A stretch of 64,000 bases of DNA from Candidatus Magasanikiibacteriota bacterium (lineage in GTDB: Bacteria; Patescibacteriota; Patescibacteriia; Magasanikbacterales; UBA922), in the NCBI GenBank assembly GCA_003482855.1, contig DMXO01000005.1, positions 227,719 to 291,718 on the forward strand. Reading direction: 5' to 3'. Below the pieces are notes generated by a model, which worked only from the letters and a program-made list of their open reading frames with translations, was not told the DNA's origin and did not search any database. A program made the translations under genes and the position numbers. Positions 26,127 to 35,633 of this stretch are shown here, piece by piece (the stretch's first letter is position 1; each line of letters begins with the position of its first letter).

Positions 26127-27658
26127 ATTATATGAAAAAAACTTTTTATATCTCAACAGCAATTCCTTATGTTAATGCAAAGCCTCATATAGGTCATGCT
26201 TTGGAGTATGTACAAACAGATGCACTTGCACGTTATCAGCGACTCCTGGGGAAAGATGTTTTCTTTTTGTCAGGCACGGATGAAAATTCTCTCAAAAATG
26301 TGCAAGCTGCCGAAAAAGCTGGTGTGAGTACAAAAAATTTTGTTGATGAACATTATACATTTTTTTATAATTTTAAAGATGCACTCGACATATCATTTGA
26401 TGACTTCATTCGAACTACGGAACAAAGGCATTTTGATGGTGCACAAAAATTGTGGTCTTTATTCAAAAAAGAAGATGTAGAGAAGCGGGCATACAAGGGA
26501 CTGTATTGTGTAGGTTGTGAAGCATTTTACAAAGAAGATGAACTTGTGGATGGCAAATGCCCTGATCACAAGACAGTGCCAGAAGTTGTTGAAGAGGAAA
26601 ATTGGTTTTTTAAACTTTCTCATTATCAAGATGAACTTAAAAAACTTATAGAAAAAGATATCATAAAGATTACACCTGAATTTCGTAAGAATGAATGGCT
26701 TGCTTTTGTTGATCGGGGACTTGAGGATTTTAGCATTTCACGCTCACAAGAGCGTGCACATGGGTGGGGAGTACCAGTACCCAAGGATGAAGGGCAGATT
26801 ATGTATGTGTGGGTAGATGCGCTCTCAAATTATATTACTGCGCTTAATTTCGCAGACGATGGTGAATTGTACAAAAAATATTGGCAAACATGTGAAGATA
26901 GAGTGCATGTCATTGGCAAAGGCATTGGCAAGTTTCATGTTTTGTATTGGCCAGCGATGTTATTGTCAGCAGGTATTCCATTACCGACAGAAGTATTTAT
27001 CCACGGCTATGTGACAGCAGAAGGGGAGAAGATAAGCAAAAGTCTGGGCAATGTGGTAGATCCCTATGAAGTAGTAGAGAAATATGGTACTGACGCTGTA
27101 CGTTATTATTTGCTCGGGGCTATTTCATCTACACAAGATGGTGATTTTTCTGTAGAACGTTTTGAAGAATTTTATACGGCGCATCTCGTGAATGGGGTGG
27201 GGAATTTGACGAGCAGAATTTTGACCATGTTAGAAAAATATAATGAAAGTATAATATCTGTTGTAAACAAAGAGACTTCAGACTTCAGACTTCAGACTTC
27301 AGACTTCTGGAAAAAGATTGAAGAAACACTACAATATTATAATTTTGAAGAATCAATTCATTCAATAAATAATTTTGTTGCGCAACTAGATGGTATTATT
27401 TCTGAACAAAAACCCTGGGAAAAAGCAAAAAATGGTGAAGACATTTCCGGATTGCTGTATCAGCTTGCAGAAGGTTTACGTCATATTGGTTTAGCCCTCT
27501 TGCCAATTATTCCTCAATCCGCAGAAAAGATTTTGAATCAACTTGGTATACAAGTGAGTGATTTGGAAAATTTAGAAATTGAAAGAGAGTGGGGGAGACT
27601 TGAACCTGAAACAAAAGTGAAGAAGGGAGAATTACTTTTTCAAAGATTGAATAAGTAA
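26123..27658 (+). CDS. metG: methionine--tRNA ligase
   Basis: 511 aa. HIGH motif (PHIGH), KMSKS motif (KISKS), anticodon-binding domain. Contains a 5x AGACTTC heptamer array (27273-27307) encoding ETSDFRLQTSDFW. Confidence 0.9.
   Translation: MNYMKKTFYISTAIPYVNAKPHIGHALEYVQTDALARYQRLLGKDVFFLSGTDENSLKNVQAAEKAGVSTKNFVDEHYTFFYNFKDALDISFDDFIRTTEQRHFDGAQKLWSLFKKEDVEKRAYKGLYCVGCEAFYKEDELVDGKCPDHKTVPEVVEEENWFFKLSHYQDELKKLIEKDIIKITPEFRKNEWLAFVDRGLEDFSISRSQERAHGWGVPVPKDEGQIMYVWVDALSNYITALNFADDGELYKKYWQTCEDRVHVIGKGIGKFHVLYWPAMLLSAGIPLPTEVFIHGYVTAEGEKISKSLGNVVDPYEVVEKYGTDAVRYYLLGAISSTQDGDFSVERFEEFYTAHLVNGVGNLTSRILTMLEKYNESIISVVNKETSDFRLQTSDFWKKIEETLQYYNFEESIHSINNFVAQLDGIISEQKPWEKAKNGEDISGLLYQLAEGLRHIGLALLPIIPQSAEKILNQLGIQVSDLENLEIEREWGRLEPETKVKKGELLFQRLNK
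27273..27307. repeat. tandem heptanucleotide repeat (AGACTTC)x5 inside metG
   Basis: Five perfect units, in frame. Confidence 0.75.
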
Positions 27659-27720
27659 TTAGATATTGAGGAATTCAAAATTGTTTAAAAATTTAAAATT
27701 CGAAATTTAAAATTAATCCT

Positions 27721-28257
27721 ATGTCTCTCTTTGATATAGTTCTCCTCATCATAATCGGGGGATTCACCATGTTTGGATTTTGGTTTGGTTTTTTTCATAC
27801 ACTGGGATCTTTATTTGGTACGGTATTTGGTGCTTTTTTTGCGAGTCGTTTCTATGAACCGATGTCCCATTGGCTTGTGGGCATTACTGGCTGGAATGAA
27901 AATACATCACGTGTAGTCATGTTTATTATTGCTTTTTTTGTTATCAATAGACTTATCGGATTTGCGTTTTGGATTGTAGATAAATTTTTTAGCATTATTA
28001 CTCATTTGCCTTTTATCAAAGGGATTAATAGACTTCTCGGTTTTATTCTTGGTCTGCTTGAAGGAATGATAACTATAGGACTTGTAGTTTTTTTCGTTGA
28101 GCGAGTTCCATTGTCAGAAGGAATTATGGAATCTTTGTCTCACTCAGTTGTAGCTCCTATCGCAAGTGACATAGCTTCTATTTTGTGGCCACTTTTACCA
28201 AGCGCATTACAGATGCTTCAATCTACTATAGACTATGTAGGTAACACCGTATTATAA
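27721..28257 (+). CDS. CvpA family membrane protein
   Basis: 178 aa, 4 TM helices, N-terminal MSLFDIVLLIIIGGF pattern typical of CvpA. Confidence 0.65.
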   Translation: MSLFDIVLLIIIGGFTMFGFWFGFFHTLGSLFGTVFGAFFASRFYEPMSHWLVGITGWNENTSRVVMFIIAFFVINRLIGFAFWIVDKFFSIITHLPFIKGINRLLGFILGLLEGMITIGLVVFFVERVPLSEGIMESLSHSVVAPIASDIASILWPLLPSALQMLQSTIDYVGNTVL

Positions 28258-28268
28258 GAAAGAATTTT

Positions 28269-30095
28269 ATGTCGTATATAAAAAATATTTTATTGGTTGT
28301 ATCTCTTGTATTGGTGTCTGGTTGTACGACTGGTGGAGATATATCTGGCACATCGTTGGCCTCTCTTGAAGGTAGTCGAGAAAATACGCCATATCAATAT
28401 AGCGCGCCATGGGACAAAGTATTGTATGAAGGATTTTATACACGCATGCAAGGACCTAACAACCCCAATAGTACAGGTGAAATAAAAGGTGGCGTCGTTC
28501 CTCATCATCTTTTAGCAGGCCATATGGCGGCTGCTTTTTTTGATAATTTAGCTCCACAAAATCCATCTACCATTATCATAATTGGTCCGAATCACTTTGG
28601 GCGCGGAGTTGCTGATGTTATTTCTACTCTTCGTGATTGGAAAACACCTTTTGGAGATGTAGAGACAGACACATCGCTTGTTGAAAAACTTGTTAGCAAT
28701 AATATAGTAGTTGTTGATGAGGAAACTATAAAGGAAGAACATTCTTTATATTCCACAATTCCTTTCATAAGACATTCTCTTCCGAATGCAAAAGTTGTTC
28801 CACTTGCATTGCGAAATGATATAGCTACAGAAAAAATGGATGAACTCATAGCTATATTGGCACAGGAGATGCCAAAAGATGCGGTGATTATTTCTTCGAT
28901 TGATTTTTCTCATTACCAGACGCTTCCTGTTGCCAATTTCCATGATGAACTAAGCATGGGGGTTATAAAATCTTTTGATTATGATCGTTTGGAAGATCTT
29001 GAAATTGACTCAGTTCCTAGTCTTTATGTACTTATGAAACTTATGGAGCATTTCAAAGCTCAACATATTTCATATGAAGAACATTCCAACTCAGCTATAG
29101 TTGCTGATACCCCAGATGAGAAATTGACAACAAGCTATTATATACCATATTTTACGTACGGTGATCCAACTAATAAGCGTGTAGCAAGTATTTTGCATTT
29201 TGGTGACATGATGCTTGATCGTAATGTAAAGAAACGCATAGATATGTATGGTACTGATCATGTACTAGGACAATTGGCTGGCGAGGAACTTAGATTTTTC
29301 AAAGGTATGGATGTGATTGGTGCAAATTTAGAAGGTCCTTTTGCAGATTCACGTCGTGACACGACAAAAGAAATAGCATTTCGATTTGATCCGGCTCTTA
29401 TTCCTATGTTGCAGAAATATAATCTTTCATTATTTACTATTGCCAATAACCATACACTTGATATGGGTTGGCAAGGGTTTGAAGAATCAAAGAAAAATTT
29501 ATCCGATGCAGGAATTGAGTATTATGGGCATGAATTGAGAGTGACACAAGAAGACTCAGTATTGTATAAAGAGATTGGTGGACTTAAGTTTGGTTTTATT
29601 GGCGTGGATGATACTATTTTGAAACTTGATGTAAGTATTATAAAGCAATTGATTGAAGAATCTGAAAAAAATAATGATTATACTATTGTCAATATACATT
29701 GGGGAGCTGAATATGGAGTGCTTAATTCAAATGCAAGGCAACAATATCTTGCACATGAGATGATCGATGCTGGCGCAGATGTTATTATTGGCAATCATCC
29801 ACACGTCGTGCAAGAGATAGAGATGTATCACGATAGACCGATATTTTATTCTCTTGGTAATTTTATATTTGATCAATATTTTTCTATCCCTACACAGCAG
29901 ACAATAGGTGTTGGACTTGTATTCCAAGATACAGATAGCCTCAATATACATATATTTCCTATAGAAGCAGAAGATAGTCGCAATCAGCTTATGGACCACG
30001 AAGCGTCTCGGGCTTTTCTCAAACAACTGGTTGCATCAAGTCGTCTAGGCGACTATACTATGGATAATAATACATTACATATATCTTTTAATTAA
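28269..30095 (+). CDS. lipoprotein: MEMO-like (extradiol-dioxygenase-class-III-like) N-domain fused to CapA/PgsA-type metallophosphatase domain
   Basis: 608 aa. Lipobox LVSGC. N-domain VPHHLLAGHM..IIGPNHFG..SIDFSHY. C-domain GANLEGPF..ANNHTLD..NIHWGAEY..GNHPHVVQ..SLGNFIFD (CapA signature). Confidence 0.6.
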   Translation: MSYIKNILLVVSLVLVSGCTTGGDISGTSLASLEGSRENTPYQYSAPWDKVLYEGFYTRMQGPNNPNSTGEIKGGVVPHHLLAGHMAAAFFDNLAPQNPSTIIIIGPNHFGRGVADVISTLRDWKTPFGDVETDTSLVEKLVSNNIVVVDEETIKEEHSLYSTIPFIRHSLPNAKVVPLALRNDIATEKMDELIAILAQEMPKDAVIISSIDFSHYQTLPVANFHDELSMGVIKSFDYDRLEDLEIDSVPSLYVLMKLMEHFKAQHISYEEHSNSAIVADTPDEKLTTSYYIPYFTYGDPTNKRVASILHFGDMMLDRNVKKRIDMYGTDHVLGQLAGEELRFFKGMDVIGANLEGPFADSRRDTTKEIAFRFDPALIPMLQKYNLSLFTIANNHTLDMGWQGFEESKKNLSDAGIEYYGHELRVTQEDSVLYKEIGGLKFGFIGVDDTILKLDVSIIKQLIEESEKNNDYTIVNIHWGAEYGVLNSNARQQYLAHEMIDAGADVIIGNHPHVVQEIEMYHDRPIFYSLGNFIFDQYFSIPTQQTIGVGLVFQDTDSLNIHIFPIEAEDSRNQLMDHEASRAFLKQLVASSRLGDYTMDNNTLHISFN

Positions 30096-30100
30096 ATTAT

Positions 30101-32101
30101 ATGGAAGAAGAAAAACAATCTATACCGGAAGTGCCGCAGCCAAATGGTTCCGTATTTTCAAAAACACAAGTAGTACTATATGGAGCAGTAGCTCTTGTGG
30201 GGATAGCTGCCATCGCGTCTTTTGTCACATTTTTTTTGTTTAGGAATCAACAAGGTGCGCGTGAGGTCGGTGAGTTGCCTCGCGGACAAGATGTGGAACG
30301 TGATATATATGACGCATTAGAAAATATACCGACAAAGACTCCAGATCCAAATGAAGTCCTATACCTCCATACCAATTCTTTTTTTGCCGCATATACTGAG
30401 ACCTTGAATGGAAGAAGAAATTTTACTCCATCGCTTGAAGACAATAAAATTAAAATTACATGGTATAAAGGTGCGCACGCTATTGGCCCAGAAATGCAAG
30501 CTATCTTGGATGAAAAGACAAAGGATATAGAAAAGAGCGATGATGGATACGGACATTTTTATATGTATACCGCAGGTGTCGTCTCATCCCCAGATAGACT
30601 TGCGGGGAAGAATGTATATCTCATTTCCGAAGGTTCTGGTGGCATGGGTATATATTTTAGTGCGGATTTTGCTTTATTTGACGAAGTTTTACATGAATTT
30701 ATTTATTTAGAAAAATCAGGATCGTCTGTCTGTGATCAGTCACTACTGTGCAAGAGTTTTGTTGTACAAGATTTTTCTGAGCTCACTCCTCCCGATGTCT
30801 TGGATATACCGAATGAAGATTCTCTACTTGCACATACGAATGTGTATATAAAAAGAGAAGATGAAGAATCCGCGGCTCCTGTCTTTGATAGTCTTGGTGC
30901 TGCAAATAATCATGGGGGTATTGTGGATGTACAGACTGGTGAATTGGTTAGTATACCTGCGGCATCTGCTGTAGTATTTACTGATCCTATATATGGGCCA
31001 GTATATAGAAAAGGCAAACAGTTTGCTATTGTTCTTCCTGATGGCGCAATGCATTTGTATGATCTTGTTCCTGACTTTTTTGCTGTGGAAGAAATAAAAG
31101 CACAGAAAGAGATGTACGATGTACAATCAAAATTAAGTGTACAATGGATTCCAAAGTATAACACAACAGATGCGTATGTACCTTCAGGAGATATTGTACA
31201 TTTTTGTGGGAGGAGTATTGGTGGATTTCCCAATATTGTGACACAAAAAGATTGGTTCAAAAATCAAGAATTAATAAAAATAGGTGAGACTAATCATGGA
31301 GATGGTGTCTACACTATGAAGAACCCGGAAAATAATACATATTACAAAGATGTATTTGATATAGGATATCAAGGTTCAAAAGTGCTTGCGTCAAATAACA
31401 CTTGGGATGAAGAAAAACAAATTGCATTTGACGCAAAATCTGAGACTGAGAGGTACGCTGATTTTCTTTCGGATAATCCTATCATCTTTTGGCAAGATCA
31501 CTGGGGAGATTGGCGAGCTTATCGTAAAGCGAAATATCAGACACTTGCCGAATGTGCAAAACCGGTAATTTATTTATATCCAGAGAATGAAATGGATGTC
31601 CGTGTGCAAGTAAATCCAGAAGGTGGATTCAAGTATACTGATCCTGCGTATGGTGATGAAGGGTGGTTTGTCCGAGCAACTCCAAAAGGAGAAATAAAAA
31701 ATCTTGCTGACGGGATATCGTATGAATATCTCTTTTGGGAAGGATATGAGTACAATTATGAGATACCATGTTATGGATTTGTAATGAGTAGAGAAGATGT
31801 ACCAACAAAGATGTATATGCTTCTTTCACAACTTGGGTTGAATGAACGTGAGTCAGCAGACTTCATGGATTTTTGGCAAGAAAAATTGGTTGCTAAACCT
31901 TATGTGTACGTGACATTTGTGTCGCAACAGGTTTTTGATGATATCGCACCACTCACTGTAGAACCACAGCCTGACTCTATTATACGTGTATTTATGGATT
32001 ATCAGCCATTGGATTATCCTATGTATGTTTCAGAACCTATTATAAAAACGCCTGAACGTATAGGATTTACCGTTGTTGAGTGGGGTGGACGGTTGAGGTA
32101 A
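30101..32101 (+). CDS. hypothetical membrane-anchored extracytoplasmic protein
   Basis: 666 aa. Single N-terminal TM helix (residues ~24-46). No recognisable motifs. Confidence 0.5.
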   Translation: MEEEKQSIPEVPQPNGSVFSKTQVVLYGAVALVGIAAIASFVTFFLFRNQQGAREVGELPRGQDVERDIYDALENIPTKTPDPNEVLYLHTNSFFAAYTETLNGRRNFTPSLEDNKIKITWYKGAHAIGPEMQAILDEKTKDIEKSDDGYGHFYMYTAGVVSSPDRLAGKNVYLISEGSGGMGIYFSADFALFDEVLHEFIYLEKSGSSVCDQSLLCKSFVVQDFSELTPPDVLDIPNEDSLLAHTNVYIKREDEESAAPVFDSLGAANNHGGIVDVQTGELVSIPAASAVVFTDPIYGPVYRKGKQFAIVLPDGAMHLYDLVPDFFAVEEIKAQKEMYDVQSKLSVQWIPKYNTTDAYVPSGDIVHFCGRSIGGFPNIVTQKDWFKNQELIKIGETNHGDGVYTMKNPENNTYYKDVFDIGYQGSKVLASNNTWDEEKQIAFDAKSETERYADFLSDNPIIFWQDHWGDWRAYRKAKYQTLAECAKPVIYLYPENEMDVRVQVNPEGGFKYTDPAYGDEGWFVRATPKGEIKNLADGISYEYLFWEGYEYNYEIPCYGFVMSREDVPTKMYMLLSQLGLNERESADFMDFWQEKLVAKPYVYVTFVSQQVFDDIAPLTVEPQPDSIIRVFMDYQPLDYPMYVSEPIIKTPERIGFTVVEWGGRLR

Positions 32102-32104
32102 ATT

Positions 32105-32962
32105 ATGATTATTGATTCACATTGTCATCTACATTTCGATAGTTTCAAGAGCGATCGCGATCAAGTGATCGCTTCTTGTATTGAACATGGTGTAATCATA
32201 AATACCGTGGGTACTCATAGTGGTACAAGTAAACGCGCAGTCGAGTTGGCAGAAAAAAATGAAAATATGTATGCGACGATAGGACTTCATCCCACACATG
32301 TTTTTCCTATGGAAGTACATGGAGATGAATATGATTTCATTTCAAAAGCAGAGACATTTGACGAAGCATATTATGATACGCTTGCTCAATCAGAAAAAGT
32401 TATTGCAGTAGGGGAATGCGGTATAGATTTGTTTCATCTACCTGAAAATAAAAGTACAGAAGAAGTTTTAGAGAAACAAAAAGAAGTATTTTTGAAACAA
32501 GTAGATTTTGCAAACAAATATAATTTACCTCTTGTTATACATGTACGAGACGCGCATGAACAGCTTATACAAATTCTGAAGTCTGAAGTCCGAAGTCCGA
32601 AGTCCGCCGTGGTCCACTGTTACACATCAAACTGGGGAAATGCTGGAAAATATTTAGATATGGGTTTTTATCTAGGATTTACTGGGGTCATTACATTTCC
32701 ACCAAAAAAAACTGACCCTAAATCTCAAGAAGATCTAATAGAAGTTGTAAAAAAATGTCCTTTGAACAGAATGCTTATCGAAACTGACGCGCCTTATCTA
32801 GCACCTCAGGCATATCGTGGGCAACGTTGTGAACCCTGGATGGTAGAAGATGTAATAAAAAAAATAGCTGAGATTAGAGGAAAAACACTAGACGAAATAA
32901 AAAATATACTATATCAAAATACGTTAAACTTATTCACAAGAATGAAATTAAAAGATAGTTGA
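32105..32962 (+). CDS. tatD: TatD family metal-dependent hydrolase (DNase)
   Basis: 285 aa. IDSHCHL, GECGIDL, HVRDAH and ETDAPYL motifs. Contains a (GAAGTCY)x4-5 heptamer array at 32576-32610, the reverse complement of the metG heptamer. Confidence 0.85.
   Translation: MIIDSHCHLHFDSFKSDRDQVIASCIEHGVIINTVGTHSGTSKRAVELAEKNENMYATIGLHPTHVFPMEVHGDEYDFISKAETFDEAYYDTLAQSEKVIAVGECGIDLFHLPENKSTEEVLEKQKEVFLKQVDFANKYNLPLVIHVRDAHEQLIQILKSEVRSPKSAVVHCYTSNWGNAGKYLDMGFYLGFTGVITFPPKKTDPKSQEDLIEVVKKCPLNRMLIETDAPYLAPQAYRGQRCEPWMVEDVIKKIAEIRGKTLDEIKNILYQNTLNLFTRMKLKDS
32576..32610. repeat. tandem heptanucleotide repeat (CTGAAGT/CCGAAGT)x5 inside tatD; reverse complement of the metG repeat unit
   Basis: Units ctgaagt, ctgaagt, ccgaagt, ccgaagt, ccgccgt. 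RC is GACTTCA/GACTTCG, a circular permutation of AGACTTC. Confidence 0.7.
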
Positions 32963-33294
32963 CGTATCTAGCAAAAAAGTGTAAACTATCTGCGTTTCAT
33001 TTAAAGTCAAGATTTTCCCATATGGCTCTTTTTCCTTTAGATCCAAAAGATAGGAAATATACCCTCATGGGGCTACGTATCGTAGGTGATTTTGGCGCTA
33101 CCATTGCTGTCCCTGTCGTACTTTTTGTGCTTACTGGGCAGTGGTTGGAGGGGAAATATGGCCACGCGCCGTGGTTCACAGTAGGTGGATTTATCCTTGC
33201 GGCGTTGCTTTCGGGAAAGATGATCTATAAGAAAGCAAAGGCTTACGGGAAGGAATATCAAGAATTAGATAAAAAGGATGGGAATAAAAAATAG
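32959..33294 (+). CDS. AtpZ/AtpI family ATP synthase-associated membrane protein
   Basis: 2 TM helices, MGLRIVGDFGATIAVPVVLFVLTGQWL pattern. Immediately precedes atpB. The true start may be an internal Met (MALFPL). Confidence 0.5.
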   Translation: MTYLAKKCKLSAFHLKSRFSHMALFPLDPKDRKYTLMGLRIVGDFGATIAVPVVLFVLTGQWLEGKYGHAPWFTVGGFILAALLSGKMIYKKAKAYGKEYQELDKKDGNKK

Positions 33295-33389
33295 TTTTTT
33301 GGTCTTATGGTTTTTCGATCTTGCATAGTTTAGGGTCAAAACATCAAAAGATCAGTTTGGAAAAAGAATTTTAGAAGAAAAAAAGTATT

Positions 33390-34178
33390 ATGTCAGCTGA
33401 AATCCATATACCTACCTTAGCTCCAGAAGTCGTATTTCATATTGGTAATATCAATGTGACCAATACGATGGTCAACGTTTGGATTGCTATACTTATTTTT
33501 TTGGTACTTGGAATTTTTGTGAAACGAGCAGCGAAACTTAGACCAGGGAAATTGCAAAATACATGTGAGTTTTTTCTAGAAGGTGTGCTTGGCTACTTTG
33601 ACCAAGTGACAGGAGATCGAAAAAAGACTATCCGTTTTTTGCCGGTAGTCGGGTCGATCTTCTTTTTTATTTTATTATCCAATTGGCTAGGCCTTTTGCC
33701 GGGTACTGGAAGCATTTTGGTTGGCCATACCATGCTTTTGCGTCCAGCAAATACTGATTTAAACCTCACACTTTCTATGGCCATTATCTCTGTCTTGGCA
33801 TCCCATGCATACGCCTTCGCAGCCATTGGATTTTTTAGTCACGTAGGTAAATTTGTTCAATTTGGGAATCTTCTGAAAAGCATTAAAAAAGGGCCAATTG
33901 CAATTTTTACTGCCATTATCGAGTTTGCTGTTGGATTGATTGAGATTGTTTCAGAGATAGCAAAAATAGTTTCTCTCTCCCTTCGTTTATTTGGTAATAT
34001 TTTTGCAGGAGAAGTTTTGATTTCAGTTATTTCAGCATTGGTTGCAGTGCTTGTCCCAACCCCATTCATGTTGCTTGAGCTGCTCGTTGGTCTTATACAA
34101 GCAACCGTATTTGCAATGCTGACGATTGTATATTTGACGGTTGCAAGCAGCGAGCCACATGGGGCGGAGGAACATTAG
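33390..34178 (+). CDS. atpB: F0F1 ATP synthase subunit a
   Basis: 262 aa. LSLRLFGNIFAGEVL motif with the essential Arg. Confidence 0.9.
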   Translation: MSAEIHIPTLAPEVVFHIGNINVTNTMVNVWIAILIFLVLGIFVKRAAKLRPGKLQNTCEFFLEGVLGYFDQVTGDRKKTIRFLPVVGSIFFFILLSNWLGLLPGTGSILVGHTMLLRPANTDLNLTLSMAIISVLASHAYAFAAIGFFSHVGKFVQFGNLLKSIKKGPIAIFTAIIEFAVGLIEIVSEIAKIVSLSLRLFGNIFAGEVLISVISALVAVLVPTPFMLLELLVGLIQATVFAMLTIVYLTVASSEPHGAEEH

Positions 34179-34318
34179 ACGACAAAATACAATATACACA
34201 TAGCAAAATACAATTTGTATTTTATTCCATGTATGTTGTATGTTAATTATTAATCGATACTATTCCTCGAGGTTAAACACTTTTCCCAAAGATCCCTCGC
34301 ACGGCACTGGTATCATAA

Positions 34319-34558
<240 letters not shown>

Positions 34559-34563
34559 ATACC

Positions 34564-34617
34564 AGATATTGGAATATTCAGATATTAGGATGTTTGATAT
34601 CCTAATATCCAATATCT
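34564..34617 (+). promoter_or_regulatory. long nested AT-rich hairpin between atpE and atpF
   Basis: AGATATTG...GATATTAGGAT-gtttg-ATCCTAATATC...CAATATCT. 8-bp outer and 11-bp inner stems. Confidence 0.45.
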
Positions 34618-34631
34618 TAATATCAAAATAT

Positions 34632-35207
34632 ATGACACAAGAAGTACACACAACCGAAAATATTGTGGAAACACAGGCAGAAGTCACTCATGGTACAACT
34701 GTAGCTGACGAAGGTCTTGCCGCCTCACTTGGTTTGAATGGTCAGTTGTTTGCATGGCAATTACTTAATTTTGCTGTTGTTGCTGCAATCGTGTGGTTTC
34801 TTATTCTCAAACCTCTGACAAGCAAACTCGAAGAACGCAAAAAACTTATAGATGATAGCCTCGATAAAGCGAAAGAAATTGAGACAAATTTTGAAACAAG
34901 TGAGAAAAAATATCAAGAAAAATTGGATGAGGCAAAAGCCGAGGCTAACAAAGTAATTGAGCAAGCTCATGCAGAAGGAAAACAACTCGGGGATAGTATG
35001 AAAACTCAAGCAAAAGTGGAAGTAGAGAAACTTGTTGAACAAGCAAAAAAACATATCGCAGCAGAAAAGGATACCATGTTTGAAGATATCAAAAAGGAAG
35101 CTGCGAGTATGATAGTACTTGCACTTGAAAAAGTTTTAGGAGAAAAAATGGATAGTGAAAAAGATAAAAAAATTATTGAAGAATCCCTGAGGAATCTCAA
35201 GAAATAA
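34632..35207 (+). CDS. atpF: F0F1 ATP synthase subunit b
   Basis: Start reassigned to ATG 34632 (MTQEVH), in frame with track ORF 34569. One TM helix (LLNFAVVAAIVWFLIL) and a long charged helix. Confidence 0.8.
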   Translation: MTQEVHTTENIVETQAEVTHGTTVADEGLAASLGLNGQLFAWQLLNFAVVAAIVWFLILKPLTSKLEERKKLIDDSLDKAKEIETNFETSEKKYQEKLDEAKAEANKVIEQAHAEGKQLGDSMKTQAKVEVEKLVEQAKKHIAAEKDTMFEDIKKEAASMIVLALEKVLGEKMDSEKDKKIIEESLRNLKK

Positions 35208-35228
35208 TATAGTGTTTGAATATCTCGT

Positions 35229-35618
35229 ATGGCAAAGACATCAAATAAACAATACGCACACGCATTATATGAAATCAGTATTGGATTGAAAGGAAGCGAT
35301 TTAGATTCTTCACTGCGGGCATTTGTGGAATTATTGGTGCGTAATCATAAACTTAAGCAGGCACATAATATTATTGACGAGTTTATTTCGTATACCAAAA
35401 AACAAGAAGGGGTAGTTGAATTGGAGATTACTTCGGCCAGGCAACTCGATGAGAAAACCATTGAAATTATTAAAAAAGCATTTGGTGAAAAAGTTGAAGC
35501 TATACAGAATGTCGATGAAGATTTGATTGGCGGAGTGAGAGTGAAGATGGGAGACAAGATTTTGGATGGAAGTTTAAAAAGTCAATTACGTGCTTTACAC
35601 GAGTTGCTCTCTAGGTAA
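35229..35618 (+). CDS. atpH: F0F1 ATP synthase subunit delta (shortened, 129 aa)
   Basis: N-terminal YAHALYEIS and C-terminal IGGVRVKMGDKILDGSLKSQLRAL match the ends of E. coli delta. About 50 aa of the N-domain are missing. Confidence 0.65.
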   Translation: MAKTSNKQYAHALYEISIGLKGSDLDSSLRAFVELLVRNHKLKQAHNIIDEFISYTKKQEGVVELEITSARQLDEKTIEIIKKAFGEKVEAIQNVDEDLIGGVRVKMGDKILDGSLKSQLRALHELLSR

Positions 35619-35633
35619 ATAATGTAGTTATAT

